A program made the position numbers and the translations under genes. From contig NIVC01002199.1 in NCBI GenBank assembly GCA_002269645.1, positions 1 through 58,436 on the forward strand: a stretch of 58,436 nt of DNA, written 5' to 3'. Below the pieces are notes generated by a model, which was not told the DNA's origin, ran no database searches, and saw only the letters and a list, made by a program, of their open reading frames with translations. The stretch comes from Macrostomum lignano. Taxonomy: Eukaryota. Below are positions 12,130 through 23,249 of this stretch, piece after piece (within the stretch, counting starts at the first letter, position 1; each line of letters begins with the position of its first letter).

Positions 12130-12705
12130 GGGGTGAGCGACAAGAGAATAGAGGGATGAGAAGAGAAGAGAGGGATGCGAGAAGAAAGTAGCGAGGGGTG
12201 AGAGAGGAAAGTAGAGAGTGTGAGAGAGGAGTGAAGAGAGGGATGAGAGAGGAAAGTAGCGAGGGATGAGAGAGGAGAGAAGAGAGAGATGCGAGAAGAA
12301 AGTAGCGAGGGGTGAGAGAGGAAAGTAGCGAGGGATGAGAGAGGAAAGTAGAGAGGGGTGAGAGAGGAGAGAAGAGAGAGATGCGAGAAGAAAGTAGCGA
12401 GGGGTGAGAGAGGAAAGTAGAGAGGGTGAGAGAGGAGTGAAGAGAGGAATGAGAGAGGAAAGTAGCGAGGGGTGAGAGAGGAGAGAAGAGAGAGATGCGA
12501 GAGGAAAGTAGCGAGGGATGAGAGAGGAAAGTAGAGAGGGGTGAGAGAGGAGTGAAGAGAGGGATGAGAGAGGAAAGTAGCGAGGGATGAGAGAGGAGAG
12601 AAGAGAGGGGTGAGGGAGGAAAGTAGCGAGGGGTTAGAGAGGAGAGAAGAGAGATGAGAGGAGAGAAGAGAGGGGTGAGAGAAGAGAAGGAAGAGTAATA
12701 GAGAT
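12130..12705. repeat. GA-rich degenerate minisatellite (GAGAGAGGAAAGTAGCGAGGGAT variants)
   Basis: Recurrent GAGAGAGGAAAGTAG modules seen directly. Confidence 0.9.
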
Positions 12706-13287
12706 GTGCGGTCATTTCGGTTGCCACTAAACTTGACCTGTAAATTCAGAAGAACGTTGCTAATAAACTTTGCAAACAAACAAGGCTGTACTAAAACTAG
12801 TTGATTAGCTTCATTTTCAACTCATTCCAGAGCTAAGGAAGCATGTTTTACTGACCATAAGAACTAAGAAGAGTGCTGAGACGATTAAACAGAACACATT
12901 TTTGGCCCAGTAAAAAAGCGAAACAAGTGTGCGGCACAGACAACTGACGGATATCAGAAAAAAAGTTTTAAAAAAAGAACTCCAACTGAAAGCTAACAAA
13001 GTATACAAACACACGAATAGGTTAGCTGGCAGTAATGTGAATATAAGATCAAAATGTTATGCTGCTTTACCAGCTAATTGAACAGCTAAAAATAAATAAT
13101 AAATTGACTGAGACACAGAAGTCTACAACTGGCCACTCAATACAAAGACTAGATTTCTTTTTCATTTGATTATAAATAAAATAGAGATAGAACTTCGTGT
13201 GTTTCAAATTTTTCACTGGCGCACAGGAGCATTATAATGACCTTTCTTGTAACTCATTTATTATGCTATCAGACTGGATTTCTGGGT

Positions 13288-13985
13288 TTGGATTGTGTCC
13301 TCAGTCTGAAGAGAAGGGTTTGGATTGAGTCCTCAGTCTGAGATGATGGGTCTGGATTGTGTCCTCAGTCTGAGATGATGGGTCTGGATTGTGTCCTCAG
13401 TCTGAGATGATGGGTTTGGATTGTGTCCTCAGTCTGAGGTGATGGGTCTGGATTGTGTCCTCAGTCTGAGGTGATGGGTTTGGATTGTGTCCTCAGTCTG
13501 AGGTGCTGGATGTGGATTGTGTCCTCAGTCTGAGGTGATGGGTTTGGATTGTGTCCTCAGTCTGAGGTGCTGGATGTGGATTGTGTCCTCAGTCTGAGGT
13601 GATGGGTTTGGATTGTGTCCTCAGTCTGAGGTGCTGGGTTTAGATTGCGTCCTCAGTCTGAGGTGCTGGATGTGGATTGTGTCCTCAGTCTGAGGTGATG
13701 GGTTTGGATTGTGTCCTCAGTCTGAGGTGATGGGTTTGGATTGTGTCCTCAGTCTGAGGTGCTGGATGTGGATTGTGTCCTCAGTCTGAGGTGATGGGTT
13801 TGGATTGTGTCCTCAGTCTGAGGTGATGGGTTTAGATTGCGTCCTCAGTCTGAGGTGCTGGATGTGGATTGTGTCCTCAGTCTGAGGTGATGGGTTTGGA
13901 TTGTGTCCTCAGTCTGAGGTGCTGGATGTGGATTGTGTCCTCAGTCTGAGGTGATAGAGGTGGATTGTGTCCGCAGTCGGAGGTG
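13288..13985. repeat. Minisatellite, 32-bp unit TGGATTGTGTCCTCAGTCTGAGGTGATGGGTT, about 22 copies
   Basis: TGGATT at 13385 and 13417 (32-bp period); two alternating tail variants (TGATGGGTT and TGCTGGATG). Confidence 0.97.
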
Positions 13986-14499
13986 TAAAACGCGAACGAG
14001 AGCCATCGTCAGCAGTACGTAACTAGCATGACACAATCGCAGATATTACTGGCAAGTAGTCTAAAATAGGATTTAAAAAAAGCAAGTTTCGATAAAAATA
14101 TTACACTAAGACAGAACATGGACTGTGGGTCCTTATTAAGATCAACAGGTGTCCATTGAATTTGAACATACTAAGAACAAACTCCTTTACTAAAAACAAA
14201 ATTATGACTGAAAGTACTTATTAGTAGTGTGTAAAGGAAAACAAGGCCGAAAAACAACAAAGTGAATTCTAAAAAATAATAACATCAATTTAAATAACAT
14301 AAGTAAGCACGGTTGTGCTATCATGATTTCAAGGTTTTATCACAGACTAAAATTATTCACAAAATTTATCAACTAAACGAGCAGGCCACAATTGTTTTTA
14401 CACAATACATCTAGAAAAGGATTTTTTATTACACACTTTATTACACAATTATGAACTAAAGGATGTATGTCATTATACAAATTTGATTACACATTAACT

Positions 14500-14792
14500 A
14501 GCAAAGGGATATTTCTTTACACAATTCTAATTACACATTACCCAGTAAGAGTGTATTTCATTACACAATTCTAATTACACATTACCCAGTAAGAGTGTAT
14601 TTCATTACACAATTCTAATTACACATTACCCAGTAAGAGTGTATTTCATTACACAATTCTAATTACACATTACCCAGTAAGAGTGTATTTCATTACACAA
14701 TTCTAATTACACAATACCCAGTAAGAGTGTATTTCATTACACAATTCTAATTACACAATACCCAGTAAGAGTGTATTTCATTACACAATTCT
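14500..14792. repeat. Tandem repeat, 44-bp unit, about 6 copies, just downstream of the SIK stop codon
   Basis: ACAATTCTAATTACAC at 14521, 14565 and onward. Confidence 0.95.
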
Positions 14793-14852
14793 GAATTCTA
14801 CAAAGGTAACAACAGGAAATAAATAGACAGATCTCAGACACACAAGAATCAG

Positions 14853-15466
14853 TCAATCTACATCGCCAGTGGAAGCTGTAGCCGCAGAGAAGTTGAACGC
14901 GGAACCAGAAATTATGTTAATAACTTGGCCGGTCTCGTCAGTGAGGGCGATAGCAGGTGACAGCGGATTCTGCTGCTGTTGCTGGGCAGAGCTGCTGGTC
15001 AGAGAGCCAGCTCGGAGTTTAGCATTTAAAGATTCGATAGCCGCTAAGTCTTCCTCTTCCGATTCAGAATGGGTTGGATGCCTCGGTCGAGGCAGAGGCG
15101 GGAGCGACTGCTGCTGCATGATGAGCGGCGGTGGAGGCGGACTATTCGACACCTGCTGCTGCTGCTGTCTCTGCTGCGAAGAAGGCGATTCAGAGCGGGC
15201 AAATTCGTGCAGAAATGTGGAACCACCTCTAGACAGATGAAACAGCAGCCCCGGTGAGCCTTCGCTACGACGCCGGGATCCGGTACCGACGCTGGCGGCA
15301 CCGACGCTGGCGGCACCGACGCCCGACGAGCTACCGACGCCGCAGCCGCCGCTGACGAGGCAGCCGCCACCAACGTGGCTGGTATAGTGCAGCTTGTCCA
15401 CCGCGCCGGAGCGGGTAGCGCAGCTGCCGCGCTCCTTGTAGCTGCCATGTCGGCGGAATGGCCCAG
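14853..15466 (-). CDS. SIK: SIK-family kinase exon 6 (last; disordered tail)
   Basis: Acceptor ttacccccag at 15467-15469, phase 1 matching the exon 5 donor; TGA at 14853-14855. Confidence 0.75.
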
Positions 15467-15511
15467 CTGGGGGTAAAGCGGCGGCCAGACAGACGTGATG
15501 CAAGAATGCTG

Positions 15512-16280
15512 CCAATGACCTGGCTCAGGTATCTAATGACCTGGCTCAGGTATCTAATGATCAGGCTCAGGTGCTCATCTAATGACGTGGCTCATGTATC
15601 TAATGACCTGGCTCAAGTATCTAATGACATGGCTCATGTGCTCATCTAATGACCTGGCTCATGTGCTCATCTAATGACCTGGCTCAGGTATCTAATGACC
15701 TGGTTCAGGTATCTAATGACCTGGCTCAGGTATCTAATGACCTGACTAAAGTATCTAATGACCTGGCTCAAGTATCTAATGACCTGGCTCAAGTATCTAA
15801 TGACCTGGCTCAGGTATCTAATGACCTGGCTCAAGTATCTAATGACCTGGCTCAAGTATCTAATGACCTGGCTCAGGTATCTAATGACCTGGCTCAGGTA
15901 TCTAATGACCTGGCTCAGGTATCTAATGACCTGGCTCATGTATCTAATGACCTGGCTCAGGTATCTAATGACCTGGCTCAGGTATCTAATGATCAGGCTC
16001 AGGTGCTCATCTAATGACCTGGCTCAGGTGCTCATCTAATGACCTGGCTCAGGTGCTCATCTAATGACCTGGCTCAGGTGCTCATCTAATGACCTGGCTC
16101 AGGTGCTCATCTAATGACCTGGCTCAGGTGCTCATCTAATGACCTGGCTCAGGTGCTCATCTAATGACCTGGCTCAGGTGCTCATCCAATGACCTGGCTC
16201 AGGTGCTCATCTAATGACCTGGCTCAGGTGCTCATCTAATGACCTGGCTCAGGTGCTCATCTAATGACTTGGCTCAGGTA
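15512..16280. repeat. Minisatellite, 21-bp unit ATCTAATGACCTGGCTCAGGT plus 25-bp variant (+GCTC), filling SIK intron 5
   Basis: Direct periodicity; a 21-mer block is followed by a 25-mer block. Confidence 0.97.
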
Positions 16281-16343
16281 GTTGAACCAGAGAAGCCTGG
16301 CTGAGAACCCACAGCCCATATTGAGCACCCCAAAACGACTCAC

Positions 16344-17145
16344 CAGAGCTGCCGCCGCCTGCGGTGCTGGCGCTGAGCCTCCGTCTGGAGCTGGGCGCCG
16401 CGTTCTTCGGACTAGACGACGCGCTGCGAATTTTCGACGGCGGCGAATGCGGATGCGACGACATCGATGACGAAGTTGACGAAGCTGGAATAACGGAGGC
16501 GCCAACAGGCGCGCCCGGCGCTGCAACGGCGCCAGAAGCGGCCACAGAGCAGCTGGGACTGGCCAGACCAGGCGACCCCCGCTGACTCAGGTAGGCAGAA
16601 TCCTCCGGGCAGCTGTTGCCGCGACTGGCGCCATCGCTGATGCCGCCTCGTCTGGCGGCGCCGTCCGACGCGCGCCTTGGGAACTGCGGCGCCGTCTGCA
16701 CCATATAATCTGGCGGCGCCAATAAGTTCGGATCTTTCACAGTGAAACAGGCGATAGGCTGGTGCAGATTTGGCGGCAGATTGGCTAGTAGATTCAATTG
16801 CGGCAGATTGTTCAGCCAGGCAGGGTCTGGGCGACTCTCGACTGCTGCTGCTGTTGCTGCCGCTGCTGCTTCTGCAGGCTCCTCAACCAAGTCGCTACTC
16901 TCATAATCGTCATCCATCATCATCATCATCATCGGAGCGGTGGCGCTGGCGCCAACAGCAGACAGGGTGTGCCGACGAAGGTTCAGCTGGGTACGGCGAT
17001 AGAATTCCAGTTGACTGAGTTCAGCGTCGGTGACTGCGGTTGTAGCCGCAGCCGCTTGAGCGTCTCGACGTTCCAGCTTGTCAACGGCGATTCTATAAGC
17101 GGCTCCTAGCGAGTTATAGTGGCCGCGCTGTACCGCCTCGGTTAC
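16344..17145 (-). CDS. SIK: SIK-family kinase exon 5 (end of UBA domain; RRHTL and RRASDG motifs)
   Basis: Acceptor gctgcag at 17146-17148, phase 0; reads VTEAVQRGHYNSLGAAY (UBA-like), RRHTLS and RRASDG (SIK PKA/14-3-3 sites); donor G|gtgagt at 16343. Confidence 0.85.
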
Positions 17146-17294
17146 CTGCAGCGAGGAGAGTTGACTTGGCGAGTCAATTATGTCTAGCTAGATGATAGAT
17201 CTTTGGGTAAACTGCTGAGATCTTGGAGTAATTATAATTGTATTTGCCTCGTCAGCTAATTAGCTCGTCAAAATATTTTCAGTTAAAACCCTCA

Positions 17295-17720
17295 ATTAGA
17301 AAATCGCAGATCCCATATTAAAAAATCACATATCCCACATTAGAAAATCGCAGATCCCATATTAGAAAATCACAGACCCCACATTAGAAAATCACAGATT
17401 CCATATTAGAAAATCGCAGATCCCATATTAGAAAATCACAGATCCCACATTATAAAATCGCAGATCCCATATTAGAAAATCACAGACCCCACATTAGAAA
17501 ATCGCAGATCCCATATTAGAAAATCACAGATCCCACATTAGAAAATCACAGATCCCATATTAGAAAATGACAGACCCCACATTAGAAAATGACAGACCCC
17601 ACATTAGAAAATCACAGATTCCACATTAGAAAATCACAGATCCCATATTAGAAAATCACAGATCCCACATTAGAAAATCACAGATTCCATATTAGAAAAT
17701 CACAGATCCCACATTAGAAA
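17295..17720. repeat. Minisatellite, 22-bp unit CCATATTAGAAAATCACAGATC, about 19 copies (SIK intron 4)
   Basis: Direct periodicity. Confidence 0.95.
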
Positions 17721-17749
17721 GTCGCAGCCATGTGCCATGTATTGCATAC

Positions 17750-18106
17750 CTGACTTGCATCATATCCGAAGTTGTCGCTGAGCAGGCTGAGCACAGCGGG
17801 GTCCAGTTCCTCAGCCTCAGGCGCCGCTGCGGCCGGCTTAGTGCTGGCATAGTGCTGCATCAGCTCAGCATAAGCCGGCCAGTTCGGACTGGACCGCATC
17901 CAAGGGGAGCAGCACACCTGCTCAATGCTGCACCGTTTGACGGGATCGGAGTTCAGCATCCAACGGATCAAGGATTCGCAGCTGTGCGACAGATAGAATG
18001 GGAAGCGGACTAAGCCGCGCATGACGCTGGCCTTAATGGTGCCCAGGTGCTCGCCGCAGAAGGGGAACGAGCCGCACACCAGCACGTAGAGAATGACGCC
18101 CAGACT
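17750..18106 (-). CDS. SIK: SIK-family kinase exon 4 (subdomains IX-XI, start of UBA)
   Basis: SLGVILYVLVCGSFPF...RFPFYLSHSCESLIRWML; acceptor at 18107-18109, donor CAG|gtatgc; 357 nt, phase 0/0. Confidence 0.93.
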
Positions 18107-18136
18107 CTGTTGAAAGTGACGGTTTCTATGGGACTG

Positions 18137-19082
18137 CTATATCTAACACACAGATCCTATATCTAACACACAGATCCTATATCTAACACACAGATCCTAT
18201 ATCTAACACACAGATCCTATATCTAACACACAGATCCCATATCTAACACACAGATCCTATATCTAACACACAGATCCTATATCTAGCACACAGATCCCAT
18301 ATCTAACACACAGATCCTATATCTAACACACAGATCCTATATCTAACACAAAGATCCTATATCTAACACACAGATCCTATATCTAACACACAGATCCCAT
18401 ATCTAACATACACATCCAATATCTAACACACAGATCCTATATATAACACAGATCCCATATCTAACATACACATCCAATATCTAACACACAGATCCCATAT
18501 CTAACACACAGATCCCATATCTAACACACAGATCCTATATATAACACACAGATCCTATATCTAGCACACAGATCCCATATCTAACACACAGATCCCATAT
18601 CTAACACACAGATCCTATATCTAACACACAGATCCTATATCTAACACACAGATCCTATATCTAACACACAGATCCCATATCTAACACACAGATCCTATAT
18701 CTAACACACAGATCCTATATCTAACACAAAGATCCTATATCTAACACACAGATCCTATATCTAACACACAGATCCCATATCTAACATACACATCCAATAT
18801 CTAACACACAGATCCTATATATAACACAGATCCCATATCTAACATACACATCCAATATCTAACACACAGATCCCATATCTAACACACAGATCCCATATCT
18901 AACACACAGATCCTATATATAACACAGATCCCATATCTAACACACAGATCCCATATCTAACACACAGATCCCATATCTAACACACAGATCCCATATCTAA
19001 CACACAGATCCCATATCTAACACACAGATCCCATATCTAACACACAGATCCCATATCTAACACACAGATTCCATATCTAACA
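18137..19082. repeat. Minisatellite, 20-bp unit ATATCTAACACACAGATCCY, about 47 copies, nearly all of SIK intron 3
   Basis: Direct periodicity, with an internal block duplication of variant units (around 18400-18540 and 18780-18920). Confidence 0.97.
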
Positions 19083-19102
19083 GAGAGATTGTTAAAACTT
19101 AC

Positions 19103-19389
19103 CCAAACGTCCACTTTAATCCCATCGTAAGCCTCTCCTTTGAACAGTTCGGGACTGGCGTACTGGGGCGAGCCGCAATGCGTATTTAACAGCTCGTTAG
19201 GTTGCATCACGTTGCAGAAACCAAAGTCTACTAGCTTAACGCAGCCTCGATAATCCAATAGAAGATTTTCGGCCTTCAAATCTCGATGAGCAATACGCCT
19301 GTGATGGCAGTAAGACACTGCGCAGACTGTTTGCCAGAATATCTCTCTGGCTTCGGTCTCAGGTAGGTGTTTGACACGTGTGATGTAGT
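19103..19389 (-). CDS. SIK: SIK-family kinase exon 3 (HRDLKAEN, DFG, activation loop)
   Basis: HRDLKAENLLLD...DFGFCN...THCGSPQYASPELF...DVW; phase 1/0 junctions consistent. Confidence 0.96.
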
Positions 19390-19532
19390 CTGACAAAGTG
19401 CAAATCAAGAATATTATTAAATAGTATGGCTTTATGTATGACCTCAGACCTCAGATAGGTTTATTTATTGTATGAACTCAGTTTGGTTTATGTATGACCT
19501 CAGATGGGTTTATGTATGATCTCAGATTTTTA

Positions 19533-19613
19533 TATTACATTTTACATTACATATTACATTATTACATTACATAATATTACATTATTACATTACATTATTA
19601 CATATTATATTAC
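19533..19613. repeat. (ATTAC)n pentanucleotide microsatellite
   Basis: Seen directly in SIK intron 2. Confidence 0.85.
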
Positions 19614-19758
19614 ATATGTAGAATCTTAGATGGGTTCATGACTTATGTTTGACCTGAGACACTTTTGGTATGTACTTCATGACCCCAGTTCAGATGACAA
19701 TAAAGATTAACAATAAAGATAGTACCTAGCAAAGATATTCTCAAAAAAGGCAACTCAC

Positions 19759-19939
19759 CGAAAACTTCGCCCTTAGAAGCGAACTCCATCACTAGGCAGA
19801 CCTGAGAAGCCGTTTCAATAACTTCGTACAGTCTAATAATGTAGGGATGACGCAGGCATTTCATGGCTTCGATTTCGCGGTAAACTTTTATTAGATTCTT
19901 GTCGCCGATAAGGTCTTTGTCCATGATCTTGATTGCCAC
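19759..19939 (-). CDS. SIK: SIK-family kinase exon 2 (VAIK lysine, alphaC)
   Basis: VAIKIMDK...KVYREIEAMKCLRHPYIIRLYEV; acceptor at 19940-19942, donor G|gtgagt. Confidence 0.95.
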
Positions 19940-20011
19940 CTGGTTAAAATTGATGCGTTCAATGCATTCAATAGTTAGGGCTAATAATGCTCAAATATCC
20001 ATCCGCTCTAC

Positions 20012-20458
20012 ATCAGATCCTTCACTTCCCCATCAGATCCTTTACTTTCCCATCAGATCCTTCACCTCCCCATCAGATCCTTCACTTCCCCATCAGATCC
20101 TTCACTTCCCCATCAGATCCTTCACTTCCCCATCAGATCCTTCACTTCCCTACCAGACCCTTCACTTCCCCATCAGATCCTTCAATTCGCTATCAGATCC
20201 TTCACTTCCCCATCAGATCCTTCACTTCCCCATCAGATCCTTCACTTCCCTACCAGACCCTTCACTTCCCCATCAGATCCTTCAATTCGCTATCAGATCC
20301 TTCACTTCCCCATCAGATCCTTCACTTCCCCATCAGATCCTTCACTTCCCCATCAGATCTTTTACTTCCCCATCAGATCCTTCACTTTCCTATCAGATCC
20401 TTCACTTCCCCATCAGATCCTTTACTTTCCCATCAGATCCTTCACTTCCCCATCAGAC
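20012..20458. repeat. Minisatellite, 20-bp unit CATCAGATCCTTCACTTCCC, about 22 copies
   Basis: Direct periodicity in SIK intron 1. Confidence 0.95.
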
Positions 20459-21097
20459 CTTTTATTTCTTTATTGCAATCCATCCTTTCCTATATACTAA
20501 AAATGAGTTGCTTGTTTGTACGCAATCGATTAGAGAAAAAATGGCTGGACCGATTTTGTTCGAACTTGCACTGTTCGATCAGAAATTTTCCCGTGACTGT
20601 ACATGCTTCGTGGCTAAGAAATTGCTCGATGCTAAAGGCATTAAATATTCGAAAAACATGCTTTTTTGCAAAGGTCAAGCAAACTTTTCGACTTGAAATG
20701 CATTGTAAGAATGCTAGAGAAAAAACTGACTGGTTGAATTCTGATTCTGAAATAGATTGCATCATAACTGAATTGTAACTCCGACTTGAATTGAAAATGC
20801 AGTGTGGAAGCGTAGCACCAGACTTGATTTAAATTGCGTAACCATATTGTTAACTGATACTGACTGACTGAGAAACTGATTATGTCATAACTGCTTCGTG
20901 TGATTTACTCTATGCTTGGATTTTAAACTATTGAATTATATAAGTGCAAAAGTTGATGTTATCAAAACGATGAGAGCTAGCCTAGAGGTGAACAAACTGA
21001 ACTGCCAAATGCAGCGACGATGGTTCGAATTTTCATACAGTATAATTTTTTTAATTAAAGCTTTTCAACGTCAGGAAAACAAAAAGACTTTTTAAAA

Positions 21098-23200
21098 AGA
21101 AGCGTCATGTACAAAATCGTAGAAGCGTCATGTAAACAATCATAGAAGCGTCATGTAAACAATCATAGAAGCGTCATTTAAAAAATCATAGAAGCGTCAT
21201 GTAAAAAATCATAGAAGGGTCATGTAAAAAATCATAGAAGCGTCATGTAAACAATCATAGAAGCGTCATGTAAACAATCATAGAAGCGCCATGTAAAAAA
21301 TCATAAAAGCGTCATTTAAAGAATCATAGAAGCGTCATGTAAAAAATCGTAGAAGCGTCATTTAAAAAAATATAGAAGCGTCATGTAAACAATAATAGAA
21401 GCGTCATGTAAACAGTCATAGAAGCGTCATGTAAACAATCATAGAAGCGTCATGTAAACAGTCATAGAAGCGTCATAAAAAATCATAGAAGCGTCATGAA
21501 AAAATCATAGAAGCCTCATGTAAAAATCATAGAAGCGTCATGTAAAAAATCATAGAAGCGTCATGTAAACAATCATAGAAGCGTCATGTAAACAATCATA
21601 GAAGCGCCGTATAAAAATCATAGAAGCGTCATTTAAAAAATCATAGAGGCGTCATGTAAAAAATCATAGAAGGGTCATGTAAAAAATCATAGAAGCGTCA
21701 TGTAAACAATCATAGAAGCGCCATGTAAAAAATCGTAAAAGCGTCTTATAAAAATCATAGAGGCGTCATGTAAAAAATCATAGAAGGGTCATGTAAAAAA
21801 TCATAGAAGCGTCATGTAAACAATCATAGAAGCGCCATGTAAAAAAGCGTAAAAGCGTCTTATAAAAATCATAGAAGCGTCATTTAAAGAATCATAGAAG
21901 CGTCATGTAAAAAATCGTAAAAGCGTCATTTAAAAAAATATAGAAGCGTCATGTAAACAATAATAGAAGCGTCATGTAAAAGTCATAAAAGCGTCATAAA
22001 AAATCATAGAAGCTTCATGAAAAAATCATAGAAGCCTCATGTAAAAATCATAGAAGCGTCATGTAAAAGTCAAAAAAGCGTCATAAAAAATCATAGAAGC
22101 GTCATGAAAAAATCATGGAAGCGTCATGAAAAAATCATAGAAGCGTCATGTAAAAGTCAAAATAGCGTCATAAAAAATCATAGAAGCGTCATGAAAAAAT
22201 CATAGAAGCGTCATGAAAAAATCATAGAAGCGTCATGTAAAAATCATAGTAGCGTCATGTAAAAATCATAGAAGCGTCATGCAAACAATAATAGAAGCGT
22301 CATGGTAAAATCATAGAAGCGTCATGCAAACAATCATGAAGCCTCATATAAAAACTAATGAAAGTGTCATTTAAAAAATTAAGAAGAATAATGCAAGAAT
22401 AAAAGAAGCATCATGTAAACAATCATAGAAGCGTCATGCAAACAATCATAGAAGCGTCATGTAAAAGTAAAAAAAGCGTCAAAAAAAATCATAGAAGCGT
22501 CATGAAAAAATCATGGAAGCGTCATGAAAAAATAATAAAAGCGTCATGTATTAATCATAGAAGCGTCATGCAAAAATCATAGAAGCGTCATGAAAAAATC
22601 ATAGAAGCGTCATGTAAAAAATCATAGAAGCGTCATGAAAAAATCATAGAAGCGTCATGTAAAAATCATAGTAGCGTCATGTAAAAATCATAGAAGCGTC
22701 ATGCAAACAATAATAGAAGCGTCATGGTAAAATCATAGAAGCGTCATGTAAAAATTCATAGAAGCGTCATGTAAACAATCATAGAAGCGTCATGTAAACA
22801 ATCATAGAAGCGTCATGAAAAAATCATAGAAGCGTCATGTAAAAAATCATAGAAGCGTCATGAAAAAATCATAGAAGCGTCATGTAAACAAGCATAGAAG
22901 CGTCATGTAAAAAATCATAGAAGCGTCATGTAAAAAATCATAGAAGCGTCATTTAAAAAATCATAGAAGCGTCCTGTAAAAATCATAGAAGCGTCATGTA
23001 AAAATCATAGTAGCGTCATGTAAAAATCATAGAAGCGTCATGCAAACAATAATAGAAGCATCATGGTAAAATCATAGAAGCGTCATGCAAACAATCATAG
23101 AAGCCTCATATAAAAACTAATGAAAGTGTCATTTAAAAAATTAAGAAGAATAATGGAAGAATAAAAGAAGCGTCATGTAAAAATCAAAAGAAGCGTCATG
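21098..23200. repeat. AT-rich minisatellite, about 23-bp unit CATAGAAGCGTCATGTAAAAAAT, about 90 copies
   Basis: Direct periodicity; degenerate outliers near 23440 and 24550-24640. Confidence 0.97.
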
Positions 23201-23249
23201 TCAGACATGAAAGGTGTCATATAAATATTAAATGAAGCTATAGTACAGT

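Noticed and set aside
11922-13014. Possible chemoreceptor/GPCR fragments (hydrophobic ORF ends at 11922-12116 and 12817-13014, minus strand)
   Set aside because: No receptor motifs and no consistent splice model; T-rich DNA yields hydrophobic translations by default.
13288-13985. CRISPR-like array (palindromic repeat plus variable segment)
   Set aside because: The variable part is only 9 nt and has two recurring states, not unique spacers; eukaryotic context and no cas genes.
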